64,000 nucleotides of DNA from Octopus vulgaris (taxonomy: Eukaryota), in the NCBI GenBank assembly GCA_951406725.2, contig OX597823.1, positions 64,170,001 to 64,234,000 of the forward strand, in the 5' to 3' direction. Shown piece by piece: positions 43,017-56,284 of this stretch. The position numbers and the translations under genes were made by a program. Numbering within the stretch: position 1 is the first letter of the stretch; each line of letters begins with the position of its first letter. The notes under the pieces were generated by a model, which searched no databases, was not told the origin of the DNA, and worked only from the letters and a program-made list of their open reading frames with translations.

Positions 43017-43141
43017 TATATAATAAACAAGTAAACATTTCTCTAAATAAACAAGTTTATTATAGATCATACACCAGGTCTATGATCTATAATAAATAAG
43101 TAAACCTTTCTCTAACTAAATTTTGTATTTTGATATTTCAG

Positions 43142-43257
43142 GTCCAACGGTTCATTTTAGATATGGTCACATCAATTTTCAGATTGCTAGGTTGGGCTCC
43201 AAAGCAAGAAAGACTTGTTCTATTGTGAACAACAGTCAAGTTGCCATAACTTACAAG
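43142..43257 (+). CDS. CFAP65: Next internal coding exon (116 nt, phase 1 to phase 0) of the probable CFAP65 ortholog
   Basis: Branch-like CTAAC at 43112-43116, acceptor tgatatttcag|, donor AAG|gtaatc. Phase completes the Gly codon from exon 27006-27114. Peptide (G)PTVHFRYGHINFQIARLGSKARKTCSIVNNSQVAITYK resembles recalled human GPAVSLQHYCVNFSWVNLGERSEQPLWIENQSDCTAHFQ. Confidence 0.75.
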
Positions 43258-43341
43258 GTAATCCCTTTATATTTATCATCAAGGTCATTTTGGTTGTTGT
43301 TGTTGTTCTTGTTTCTGTTATTGTTATTGTTTTATAATAAA

Positions 43342-43578
43342 GGCGGCGTGCTGGCAGACTTGTTAGCGCGCCGGGCGAAATGCTTAGCGGTATTTCGTCT
43401 GTCGTTACGTTCTGAGTTCAAATTCCACCGTGGTCGACTTTACCTTTTATCCTTTCGGGGTCGATAAATAAAGTACCAGTTTCGCACTGGGTGGGGGGTC
43501 GATGTAATCGACTTAATCCCTTTGTCTGTCCTTGTTTGTCCCCTCTATGTTTAGCCCCTTGTGGGCAATAAAGAAATA
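43342..43578 (+). mobile_element. SINE family B, full length; other copies at about 13283-13500, 23022-23240, 25133-25345, 26155-26360, 28775-29003, 37028-37425, 37915-38135, 40778-40990
   Basis: ggcggcgtgctggcag...gagttcaaattcc...cctttcggggtcgataaa...gtgggcaataaagaaata. Confidence 0.9.
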
Positions 43579-43930
43579 TATTGTTGTTGTTTTGTGGTTG
43601 AGGAATGTGGTAAATGGCAGTGTCATGAGAGTGCTAGACAAAATATCAGAATATTTCCAGCTTCCTGCACTCTGAGTCCCAAATCCTGTCGAGTCGAGGC
43701 CAGCTTTCCCTTTCATCCATTCAAGGTTTATAAACTAAAGCACCATTTTCAGAATAGTAGACTGGCCGACTTGTTAGAGTCTGACAAAATGTTTATGGTA
43801 ATGCAGCAGGAATTGGGTGTGGGATAGGGGTGGGAACCTCTGTGATAATACTGTTGCCAAGTTGTATCAACTCAAGTTAGCAGTCCTTTTTATTATTTTT
43901 TTTTTGTATAAACATCATTAGTTTACAGAA

Positions 43931-44354
43931 TAATCATCATCATATCATCATCATCATTTAACGTCCGCTTTTACATGTTTTACATGTTTTAGCATGGGTT
44001 GGCCGATTTGACTGAGGACTGGCTAACCAGACAGCTGCACCAGGCTCCAATCTGATCTGGCAGAGTTTCTACAGCTGGATGCCCTTCCTAATGCCAACCA
44101 CTCCGAGAGTGTAGTGGGTGCTTTTTACATGCCACTGGCATGAGGTACCACCAAACTGGCCCTCATGTCGGTAGCACGTAAAAGCACCCACTACACTCTC
44201 AGAGTGGTTGGCATTAGGAAGGGCATCCAACTGTAGAAACTCTGCCAGATCAGATTGGAGCCTGGTGCAGCTGTCTGGTTAGCCAGTCCTCAGTCAAATC
44301 GTCCAACCCATGCTAGCATGGAAGCGGACGTTAAATGATGATGATATGATGATG
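43931..44354. mobile_element. Palindromic head-to-head insertion of an RTE-tail-type retroposon with 17-bp TSD
   Basis: Arms of about 200 bp, each ending in ggacgttaaa(tga)n pointing outward. Flanked by atcattagtttacagaa at 43914-43930 and 44355-44371. Confidence 0.85.
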
Positions 44355-44644
44355 ATCATTAGTTTACAGAAAGGAAACTTGCATGCATGCACTGCTGCTA
44401 GTCTTTCTTAAAGATATCTTGTCCAGCCCTGTACATACATGTCCAGTTGTATAATCAACCTTAATCAAGGGAAGCCCTACAGTAGTCCAAGGTCAGGCCT
44501 AATAGAGCAGGTCTATGATCAGTGGAGTTTTGCTCTTCATGTTTCTTCTTTGTTATTGGTTTTTAGCACATACGTATCAAGACTACATTATCCAATGTGT
44601 CCTTTATTTCTTGAAGATATTTTGATGATAATAAGATGCAGGCA

Positions 44645-44960
44645 TAGGCATGGCTGTGTGATAAAGTATTTGCTTCCCAGCTGCATGGTTCTGAGTTCAG
44701 TCCCACTGCATGACACTTTGGGTAAGTGCCTTCTACTATAGCCTTGAGCCAACCAATGCCTTGTGAGTGAATTTGGTAGATAGAAACTGAAAGCAGCCTG
44801 TCATGTGAGTGTGCATGTGTGTCTCTTTGTAACCATGTTTGTTCCCCACCACTGCTTGACAACTGGTATTGATCTGTTTATGTCCTTAATAACTTAGCAG
44901 TTCAGCAGAAAAGACCAATAAAAGAAGTAGCAGGCTCAAAAAAATTAAGTACTGGGATTA
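44645..44960 (+). mobile_element. SINE family A (diverged)
   Basis: tggctgtgtgataaag...gagttcagtcccactgc...gcttgacaactggt. Confidence 0.8.
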
Positions 44961-45714
44961 ATACATTCTGCTGACTCTTTCACCATAACTTTCTCTCACT
45001 CTTTCCTCCTACATCTTGCAGCTCAACTGCAATGGACCAACGTCCCGTCCAGATGGGGAACCTATATGCTAAGGAAACCGGGAAACCGGCCCTTATGAGC
45101 CAGGGATGGCTCGAGAAGGAACAAACATGTGTGCTCATGCCTTAAGACAGCACTATTCCATGTTCATTAAATTTAATACCAGTCATGTGCTGGTGTTGAT
45201 TCAATCAATGGAAAAGAACCATTGAATTGTGAGATTGCCACTTGTAATTGTGTATTGCGTCTACTCATGGTACCTATTTCAGCAGTAAGTGGATACGACT
45301 AACACAATGCAAAAGTAAGAACTGAACCATTATTGACTCAACAGCTAATAGGCTGATGTTTTATTGAGTTCGCTGGTCGTGACTATGAAATAGATAAGGA
45401 TTAATAAAAGCCCATTTGGATAATGAAGGAAATAAGTGAATAACTGGTGCTGTTATAAAGAGAATGGCTGACGTACGGTTTATACCAATATAATCAACAT
45501 GAAATGTGTGATAATAAGTTCAATAAAAATTTCCGAAACCCAAATTTTGGTTTCCAGATAGCAATAACTAACTAATTTGTTACAAAGTAGATTCGGCAGA
45601 TAATTCGTTTTTGGAAATTCACTGAGGATATCAGGGGTATTATATATATGCATAGACATAAACATGCACACACATGCACACATACATGTACTAACACACA
45701 TACACATAAATGTG

Positions 45715-45899
<185 letters not shown>

Positions 45900-46392
45900 A
45901 CCTATATATAAATATGTAAATGCTTTGTATATATATGTATATGTATATATATGCTATATATATATGTATATGTATATATGTGCTTTGTATATATATGTGT
46001 ATGTATATATATGCTTTTGTATATTTGTATATTAATATATATATATATGCAAATATATGTACACGCGCACACATGCACACACACATGCACACACACATGC
46101 ACACACACATGCACACACATTAGAATGATATACTGATAAGTTTTAATATATATTTGATGCTGAGAATACAAGGTATATCATAAAAATACCCAATATAGCA
46201 ATTATCAGGGGAATATATCAAAAATTATTTCATTCCACACACAAATGAATGTAGAAGCGTGTTAATAATAAGATGAGGAATCTCAGTAGAATAATTAGAA
46301 GAATTTAATCAGTTCATATACCCTGGATGTACATAGAATAAATACTGAAGCAGACAAAAGCTTAGGAGAGAATCTCTAAATGAGTTTTCGGA

Positions 46393-46795
46393 TGTGTGGT
46401 AAGTAGCTTGCTTACCAACCACATGGTTCCGGGTTCATTCCCACAGTGTGGCACCTTGGGCAAGTGTCTTTGACTATAGCCTCGGGCCAACCAAAGCTTT
46501 GTGAGTGGATTTGGTAGCTGGAAACTGAAAGAAGCCCGTCAGATATATGTATATATATATGTATGTGTGTGTGTGTGTGTGTGTGTTTGTGTGTCTGTGT
46601 TTGTCCCCCCAACATCGCTTGACAACCGATGGTGGTGTGTTTACATCCCCCGTAACTTAGCAGTTCGGTAAAAGAGACTGATAGAATAAGTACTATGCTT
46701 ACAAAGAGTAAGTCCTGGAGTCGATTTAATTTGACTAAAGGTGGTGCTCCAGCATGGCTGCAGTCAAATGTTTGAAACAAGTAAAAGAAAAAAAA
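46393..46795 (+). mobile_element. SINE family A (young)
   Basis: Near-consensus body and tail with CpGs retained. Confidence 0.9.
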
Positions 46796-47336
46796 AGAGG
46801 AATGAAATGACAGTCAAATCACCCTCCCAAATTTTATTTCTACTGTTTTTAAATAAAAGAAGCAAACAGGATAGTGTAGTTCTTGATCGACTATATTCTG
46901 ATGAAATGGCTGGATGGGCATAACTGGAATGGCTTCAATCATTGATCTGCTTGATCAGGCCCAGCCTGAATATAAAAATAGCAATGATGATATAGCAAAT
47001 ACAAACCAATCCAGGTGCCTATGGGCAGCTGATTAACTTGCTTGAAATAGCAGACAAATCTTCCTCAAATGAAAACTGCCTCTCTTAAAAAAAAACAGAA
47101 GGCTATTGTAGTACCTAATATATCGTTAAGCTTTTATTTTTTACTTGTTTCAGTCATTGTACAACAGCCATGCTGGGGCACTGCCTTCAAATAAATTAAC
47201 TCCTGTACTAATTTTTCTAAGTTTGGTACATTATTCTACTGAAATCCTTTTGCTGAATTGCTCTGTTACAGGGACATAAACAAAGTAACACCGGTTGTGA
47301 AGCAGTGGTGGGGTACATACACTAACATAGATACAT

Positions 47337-47368
<32 letters not shown>

Positions 47369-47523
47369 CTTGTGAGTCAGGGTTTTTGTGGTCGTTTGTA
47401 TGAATTTAGAAAAAGATGCATAACTCATCAAAGAAAAGCTGTATTTGAAAACGAACTGGTACAAGTAATCTTGAGAATCTTTTTATCATACCTATTCGAG
47501 GAATCCCTTGTTAGCATTAATGG

Positions 47524-47602
<79 letters not shown>

Positions 47603-48575
47603 AAAGTGCCAAACAGTTGAACTGAAACCAGAACCATGTGGTTGGGAAGCAAAGTTCTTAAGCAGACAACCTCTCCAGCCCAAAAAAAAAGAAAAAAAAA
47701 AGAATAGAAACATGATCATGCATAGAACATATTTGATCTCAGGTCTCTTTCATGAAAGCTATTCTGGTGCATAAACAACAACAACAACAACGACAATTAA
47801 AACAAATATGTTTTTGATGTTTTTTTTTCTTTTACTTGCTAACCCTAGACATGAATTGATAATAAATACTGAAAAGTTTATTTCCGTGTCATGATTTTAA
47901 TTTATTGCTTTTTTTTCTTTTTTTTTTTATATCTCATGCAGCAATCACAACAGATTTTTAAATGATATTTTAACTGTTACAGATATTATAATAATGTTGT
48001 TTAAGATATATAGTCACTTTGCTTAACCAGTAATAAATAATCTTTCCTAACATTTAGATAAAATGTATTTTATCTCTTGCTTCTAAAAACATAATTGTCC
48101 ATTTGTTTTTACTGTTTGACAACCTTTATCGAATTCATATTCTTAGAGCAAAACATATTTTCAACCTCATTGCAATATATTGTGGTAATAATCTTGCAAT
48201 GTTCAGACGATAACTTTCCAGATTAGTGACCTCATCTATAGAGTGTATATTTATATTTACATTATACTTTCATTGGTTCAGCCGCCAATTGTTATCAAGT
48301 GTTTTATTTCCAAATATGTACATATTTTTTTCCTGGGCCAGATGACATTGGAAATATTCCTCAAAATACCCGATTCTCCTAAAACATATTCAAAACTGAA
48401 ATATTGCAAATTTAACAGAATATTAGTCCTCAGATTCTGGTCTCCTTCTCCAACAACGTATCATTGCTAATCATAAATAACACCCATAGTTAAACATCCG
48501 ACCTGGTGGTATTTGATGTCTTTGGATGAAACTGGGAATGACTCATATAAAACAAAGCAACAACAATGAAAATAA

Positions 48576-48608
<33 letters not shown>

Positions 48609-48919
48609 TTGTAGCAGCAGCAGCGGCAGCAGTAGTAGTTGCAGCAGCAGCACCATTTTTTTTACTTGTTTCAGCAATTAGAGTGCAGCCTTGCTGCGAC
48701 ATGACTTTGAAGAACTTTTAGTCAAATAAAACCACCATAATACTTATGGACTCCATGTGTGGGTGAGCTTTTGAATGAATGAAATTATGACTTACTTAAA
48801 GTCACTATTATCTTTGGAGAAATGTAACAAATCTGCTAACCTGGGAACTTAATACATGGATATTAATTATTTGGGCTATCTGGGAATGAGTTACTGCAAC
48901 CAGACAATGCCAAAGTCAT

Positions 48920-49072
48920 GCAGGATGCCCAATGAATAATTGACATAGAAACAATCCATATAACAATACCATCTGCTAATGAACTGAAAGAAATGGTCTT
49001 CTCAAATATTTATAAAAAAAACTACTAAGATCACAATTGTTTGTGTTAAAAGTAGTATTAGCTCCAAAGAAC
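48920..49072 (+). mobile_element. Helitron PIF1-like helicase fragment
   Basis: ELKEMVFSNIYKKNY*DHNCLC...VLAPKN resembles the Helitron motif EL..KVFPNI..NY.NH.WLCERAILAPKN. Confidence 0.6.
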
Positions 49073-49611
49073 AAAAAAATTCTCTCTCTCTCTTCCCTCA
49101 ATTTTCCCTCTGGCTGGGTAACCATTTATCTTCTCTACAGCAGTACATCTATTTCTGCCCTTATTCTTGGTCTCTATCTCTCTCTCTCACTGGGTGATGA
49201 TGTACCTCCTCTGTAGCAAGACACCTATTTATACCTCCTTATTTTTCTGTCACATTCTAACCTTTCATCATCTGATATCGGATCACCTCCTCCAGCGCCC
49301 CTTCCCCCCATTATAGCAAGACACCTGTTTCTGCCTCTCTGTCTCTTTGTCACCCTCTAACCTCTAACCTTTCATCCTCTGATACAAGTTCCTCTCCTCA
49401 AATGCTACTGCTCTTCTCATAATTCTTTGTCTTGAGAATTATGAGGTGACCCTACCAATGCTGGTGCCATGTAAAAGGCATCCAGTCCACACTGTAAAGT
49501 GGTTGGCACTTGGAAGGGCATCCACCTATAAAAATCATGCCAAAACTAACCTTGGCCTGTGCTAGTTCCATGTAAAAGGCATTGAGTCCATTCTGCAGAG
49601 AGGTTGATGTT

Positions 49612-49770
49612 ATGAATCGTTTACTCCGAAGGAGAATTTAAATTTGTTAAATATGCAGTTGAACGTGGCAATAGAGCTGCTGGAAAATATTTTAATATTA
49701 ATGAAGCCAAAGTTTAAAATTGGCGTAAACAGTACATCAAACTTAAAACTGTGCCTAGTATTAAATAAAC
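49612..49770 (+). mobile_element. pogo/Tc2-like transposase N-terminal HTH relic
   Basis: KFVKYAVERGNRAAGKYFNINEAKV*NWRKQ. Confidence 0.6.
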
Positions 49771-50231
49771 AAAAATAAAAATATACAATCATGATTATCC
49801 ATAGCATTACATTTTTTCAGTCAGGAGTATCCACATCAGTATGTATGTCAATGGTGCTCCATTGCGATAGGTAGAAACTCCAATATGGCCCAGACAGTGT
49901 TTACCAGCATGAACGTCAGACTTCAAAAAGCAGTTAACCATTTAATGGTTTTAGTAAATTTATACAGAAAAAGTAAGCATTATACTCTCCAGCATAGATA
50001 AGAGTCAACTTCATTGTATTTAAGCCATTATTTTTTCTGTAAAAACCTATTCTGACATTAAATGAGTCAATTTCCAGTACGAATGCTTACGTTTTGTACA
50101 TCTTTTTCCGACAAAAAAATTTCAAAAAAATTCTGGAAATGATCTACTCATGGAATTTACGTACCCTCTAAAGTTTATTTTTATTTTTGTGAAAAAATTA
50201 CATGCGTTTTTATGGTATATGTATATATATA

Positions 50232-50280
<49 letters not shown>

Positions 50281-50736
50281 GTGTTTATATATATGATTAT
50301 AGATGTATATATGTTTTTGTATATCTGTATCTATCGGTCTATCTATCTATCTATCTATTTATCAATCTATCTATGTATATATGTATATATATATATATAT
50401 ATATATACACATACACACACACACACACACATGCACATACATACACACACACACAAACACACACACCTGCACACATATTGTTGGATGCACATGAGCTGGA
50501 AGCTAAAATAATATTTATCACATTTCTTCTCAATGGAAAAACAAAAATGTTTTTTTCTCACGAAGGCATTCACTGATGGCTGTCTGTTTATGTTTTGCTA
50601 GAGATAAGCCATGTTTGAACCATTTAGCTCTGTTATTAAGAATATAAACATGTTTCACATACATAAATATAGATTTTCTATACTACCTCTTCAAAAAATT
50701 ACCTAAATTATCTAAATCTAAGGAACACCAGGTATC

Positions 50737-50775
<39 letters not shown>

Positions 50776-51856
50776 GCACACACACACACACACAATCACA
50801 AAGCATTTTTTCCAATGCTATAAAAATTCTGCCGATTAACAACTTTGTAAAGCTATTTTATTTTATTAGGTTCCCCCCCCCATTCCTAAAGAAAAATAAT
50901 CCCCAGCTAAAAAACGACCAAGATCTGAAACTGATACATCTAAAGGACAGCCCTGATTACAAAGTTTCACATATATTATCAAACTCTGAACAATAACACA
51001 ACTCCAACTTTAATCAATAAAAACTTTCTACAATATCTTTCCATTAGAACTTATCTGACAGCCTAATTATCATTCAACATAGTTTCACCTACCCCTCCCC
51101 CCAAATGGTCAGAAACTGTATAAAGATATAAAGCCAAGATGAAGTAAAATGTACCACAGTCTTAGAAAGGCTAGGAGGCTGAAACTTCAAAAGTTGCTAT
51201 CACCACTATTCTTGTAAATCCATAAAGAATTTGTATTCTACAAAATGTATTGAAAAATCCTTCAGTCTAATGTTGAATTGTTTTTCTTATTACATGGTAT
51301 ACTTGATATAAAACAAACAGTAATATATATGTGTGTGTGAGTATGTGTGTGCATGTGTGCGTGTGCATGCGTGCATGTAAGTGAAGTGCTAGAAATCAAA
51401 TTTTAAAATTTTCTGAGTAACTTTCACATATAATACATAATATTATTATATTATATTATATTATATTATGTTATACACAATATTGCTTGTTATTGACTTG
51501 AAAATACACTAGAAAATGCTATGTAGTCAACATAGCTGAAAGAGTTAAGCTGATAAGAACTGCTGAAATCATTTCCATATTTTGTTATTAAGTTTACAAG
51601 AATTCAATTTGTTTTCTGGGGTTTTTTTGTACAGTTGTACTGATAGAAGTCTAATATTGTAAATCAAAGGTCATATCTTTCAGATCGATTTCTTGTTATG
51701 ACGGAACAATATTTTGGAACTAATAATAGTAAAAACAGCAACAACAAAAAAAAAACACCCAGTAAAAATGAAAATGATAATAATGATGATGATGATAATA
51801 ATAATAAAAAGTAATAATAATAATAGTAATAGTAATAATAATAATAATTAATGATG

Positions 51857-51914
<58 letters not shown>

Positions 51915-52693
51915 TGACGATGATGATGACGATGACAATGGCGATGATGATAATGATAATATTTGTATTTGTGTTTAATTCTTTAGATAATAGTCTGAAT
52001 CATTATATTTTTTTCATTTTCATGTTTTTTTTTTCAATTTTCTATCTTGTTTCACTGTGTTTTGTTTGTATTTTTTTGTTTTTTTTTTCTAAAAGATGAA
52101 ATAAGTCAATTTTCTAGAAGAATGAAGCGATAAGAGAGGAGAGAGAACAAGAGAGAGAGGAAATATAAAAAAAAAAAAATAAGAGAAAATGAAAGATGAT
52201 TGCTTAGCTTATTCTTTCACACTGTTTTGAGGTCATATGTTAGAAACGAGTGGGTAGGTTGTGGCGAGTCGGTGGCCACTGAGTTTGCACAATGGTACAA
52301 GGCTACCAGAAACTTACAGAGGTAGATGAGTGGGAAGCCGACGCTGATGAAGAGGATGAAGTGGAATCAATTGATTTGACACAAGCATATGACTTGCAAT
52401 TACATTATCAACACTCCAAGGTGGACTTTGCCTTTCATCTTTCTGCGGTTGATAAAGAAAATTACCAGCAATGTACTGGGGTCCATATAATTGACTCTTC
52501 ACCTCCTTTTGTATTTCATGGCCTTGTATCTGCATTAGAAGCCGATTATTTTATCAAAATGACTTAATGAGTGAGTATTCTGTGGTAGATGTAACAATTA
52601 AATGTCCCTCAAACCTGATTAATAATTAATAAGGGTTTCTAACAAAGGCATAAGGCTACAAATATCTTTGGAGGAGAGAAATTATTGATTATA

Positions 52694-53259
52694 TTGGGTT
52701 GTCTGGAAAGTTTGTGCTGATTTATAGTAGTTTACATTTTGACTTACTTTAGAACGTGGTTGAGTCCATAAAATAGGATTTGACAACAACTTCATTTAGA
52801 GCACAGTTTAAGCTATCTTTTCATGGAAGAAGGTTTATGTTCCTATAACCTGTGTTAATTCTGTAACCTTTTAAAATGGAAGAGAAGAATGTTCATTTTC
52901 GGCACTTGATGCTTTAGGAACCAGACAAAAATTGCTGCAGGTCGGCTGGGATGTGTTACCCCACCCTCCATATTCACCAGATATTGCTCCTTTGGATTTC
53001 CACTTATTCAGGTATCTGCAGAATAGTCTTAATGGTAAAAATTTCAATTCCTTGGATGATGTAAAAAGATACCTTGATGAATTCTTTGCTATGAAACCAC
53101 CTCAATTCTGGGAAGAGGGTATTTTCAAGTTAAAGGAAAGATTGGAATGCATTGTGCAACAAAATGGTTCATATTTGGTTGATTAAAAATGTAATGGCAA
53201 GTATTTATTGACCGTTTTCTTTCCTTTAAAAATCGGCACAAACTTTCTGGACAACCCAA
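52694..53259 (+). mobile_element. Internally deleted mariner with both TIRs and TA TSD
   Basis: ta|ttgggttgtctggaaagtttgtgctgattt ... aaatcggcacaaactttctggacaacccaa|ta. Retains WDVLPHPPYSPDIAPLDFHLF. Confidence 0.9.
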
Positions 53260-53289
53260 TAGAATCAAAACTGTTGAAAAATTGTATAA

Positions 53290-53655
53290 GCATCACCCTG
53301 GGGCTGTAACTGAGGTTAAAGATGTAACAGTTCTTTGAGACATTCATGTTCATACAAGCAGAACCATCGAAGCTAATAAACTGGATATTGCTGTAAAACA
53401 CCAAATAATAATGTTGGTTTATTGATTGCTATTAGTATTCATTGTGGTCATATCTTGGCAAAAGAATTTGACAAGTTCAGAAAATATAAAGATTTGCTCA
53501 CTGAAATTTTAAAAAAATATGGCGGCTCAAGGCAGTTTTAATACTAATTATTATAGGAGCACTAGGTATGGTGAAAAAAAGGAACCGCAAGAAGTGCAAA
53601 ACGTTGTTTTAACATGTATGATACATATACTGAGAAGAGCATTGTCACTGTGAGA
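53290..53655 (+). mobile_element. R4/Dong-type LINE endonuclease relic
   Basis: TSRTIEANKLDI...KEFDKFRKYKDLLTEI...IIIGALGMV, decayed. Confidence 0.7.
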
Positions 53656-53857
53656 ATGATTACTTTCCATGTAAATAATTTGTTTTTTCTACATAATTGT
53701 GTTTGATTTCACAAATCTGGTGTGTTTATTTTAATGGCCTGTCAATATATGCAGTGATTTTATTTGCTCTAGGTGGTGGGAAGACAGTCGGTAAGAAATG
53801 GAAACAAAATTGAAGGAGGAAGAAAAACTCATAATAATGATGATGATGATGATGATA

Positions 53858-53901
<44 letters not shown>

Positions 53902-53916
53902 GATGATGATGATGAT

Positions 53917-54480
53917 AAATGCCCTGATGCAGTACCAGGCAGTGGCTCTCGTGGCTTCTGATCTTAACTGATTGGAAGTGTTATCATGTACATTGTTTTG
54001 TCTTGGTATAAAAGATGGGCTACAGCAAATATTCTGATCAATACCACAGATTTGCTCATCAGTTGTATAACCTTAACCAGTTGAGCATGTCCCTTAGTGG
54101 CTGACGATATGTGCATCTCTGATCACAAGCAGAAGTAGTGGGGGAGCATCATAGCCATGTGTTGAGAGGAATTTTTTGGAGGTTAAATAATTCATCTCTG
54201 GAAACATAGGTGTTTTGTTCATCATCCTTAAATAACCCTTAATTAGAGACCTTTTGAACAGGATGGGCTACTCTACCTGAAGAAAATTTAAACTGGACCC
54301 CCACCTGCAAGGTCATGCACTGTTTATCTTGATGTGAGATCACCACGTCACACATATATGCTTGTGACGCATGTGTCTGGTACACCCTTATCATACAGGC
54401 AGTCATGATGTGTATATTGGGCTTTGTATATTTGTAACCCTGTGTCACTTTGTTGACATGCTCTGCTCTCTCACTCAGTG
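53917..54480 (-). mobile_element. Non-coding retroposon whose 3' end (gcatcagggcattt) runs into an (ATT)n/(ATC)n tract; partial copy at 36720-36898 (+)
   Basis: About 180 bp shared in reverse complement with 36720-36898, both ending gcatcagggcatttat. Confidence 0.65.
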
Positions 54481-54489
54481 GTTGGATAA

Positions 54490-54745
54490 ATGTGCCAAAG
54501 TGACACTGAGAAGAGACAAATTTATCAGCACTGAAAACACTGCACTGGACATAGCCACAGAAATCTGAGAATTAGACCATTATCACTCATACAAGTATCT
54601 AAGAATAAACAAAACTGCTAAAATATAACACACAGAAATGAAAGAGAAAATTAGGAGAGAATATTACAGAAGAGTTAGACAAATATTAAACACTGAACTT
54701 ATTGCCAAAAATAAGATAAAAGGGATAAACACACTAGCCATACAT
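54490..54745 (+). mobile_element. R4/Dong-type LINE RT-thumb relic
   Basis: YKYLRINK...EKIRREYYRRVRQILNTELIAKNKIKGINTLAI. Confidence 0.75.
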
Positions 54746-55805
54746 AAGACACATTCTATATAGCAAATACCCAATAAACTAAACAGCCATCAGCAGACTT
54801 GATACCCAATGCACTACACACACAACACACAATACAAGCTCTTGCACAACAAATGACTGCACTAGACCCCATAACAAAAGAAACTAATGCATAATAATGC
54901 CAGAAAATGTTTGCACTCCCCCAACAGCAAAAAGAACACACAATGCTGTACACACCCCAGCAAAACAGAGGTGTGACAGGTGATGCAGTCAAAATTTGCC
55001 TGAAACTACCAAATGTTGAACAACAAACACAACAACAACAACAACAACAGCAGCAGCAACAACAATAATTTTCTATTTCTAAAGGCACAAAGCCTGAAAG
55101 TTTGAGAGGAAAGGGTTTAGTCAATTGAATTGACAACAGTATTTGAGCACTTGATTGGTAATTTAATCTACCAGCTCTACCAAAACGAAAATCAAATCTG
55201 ACATTGGGCAAAGTTGAACCAAGAATGTAAAGAACCAGAATGGTTATCAAGGATCATTTATAACCCTTAGTTATGTTATCTTGTTATACTACAATGACTT
55301 TGATATACTAATCTGAGAGGATGCTTAATGTATTTCATTTTAAATCATTGTTATCTGACCCCTTTAAATTCAAATCAGACTTCGTGCCTGCAATCTTTCT
55401 ACGATAAATTTCTTTCAAAATTCTAGACTGCCAATCTTTAAACAAAATTCTTCACTTTTCGTCAAACTAGACTGCTAAAAGAACCTATCACTAAAAACAT
55501 TCTTCATTTTACATAAAACTCTTGATGAAGTGGTATATTGCTGGATGAGTACATAAAATTAATCTTTTGTAATAATTGTTTAACTGTCACCAGAATATAT
55601 GTAAAGATGATATGAATGAATACCATATTTCTCTGTTCTTATAACCATTGCAGTCAACAAACCTGTAACATGGAACTATCTGGGAAATAAGGTGCCTATT
55701 TTAGAGTGTAATGCAATACTCAGTGGTTATATGGTTGGCATTTTATAATAATCTATATGCATTTGGTATACATACATACATATAAAACTAACCTGTATGA
55801 TTACA

Positions 55806-56006
55806 GGTAAGTTCACCACTATCAATTCACCACCATGAAGAAAGTTCACTATGAGGAAAGTTTATTGTGTGTAAAGTTTACCAAGAAAATATATTCATAA
55901 TATCCCACCACTAATAATTAAAAACTATTCTATTGAAAAAAAAAAAAATGGTGAATTGATGATAGTGAACTTTCCCTGTAGTGAATTGATGATGGTGGGC
56001 TTACCA
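55806..56006. mobile_element. MITE-like element with internally repeated subterminal motifs
   Basis: ggtaagttcaccactatcaattcacc ... gtgaattgatgatggtgggcttacc inverted ends. Confidence 0.55.
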
Positions 56007-56235
56007 GGCACGAACCTACATAATACCTTTTACAAAGAGGGATTATTTAGATGTTTCTTCATAGACTGGAAAAATAAACAACCTTAATCAACTTCCAAAT
56101 CATACAAATCCATTGAATTCCTTGCGGGAAACTGATTGGAAAGATCAGCCATGATGGATATATAATACTGTACATTTCAGATATCTATATATTTATATAT
56201 ATATGTTATATTATATATATGTATATATGTATATG

Positions 56236-56284
<49 letters not shown>

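Noticed and set aside
51155-51200. gaaacttcaaaagtt hairpin after ggctaggaggct, hammerhead-like
   Set aside because: CUGANGA is absent and the stems are too degenerate to call.
52292-52567. Acidic ORF MVQGYQKLTEVDEWEADADEEDEVE
   Set aside because: No recognisable domain or splice sites, and its second half is a family B SINE.
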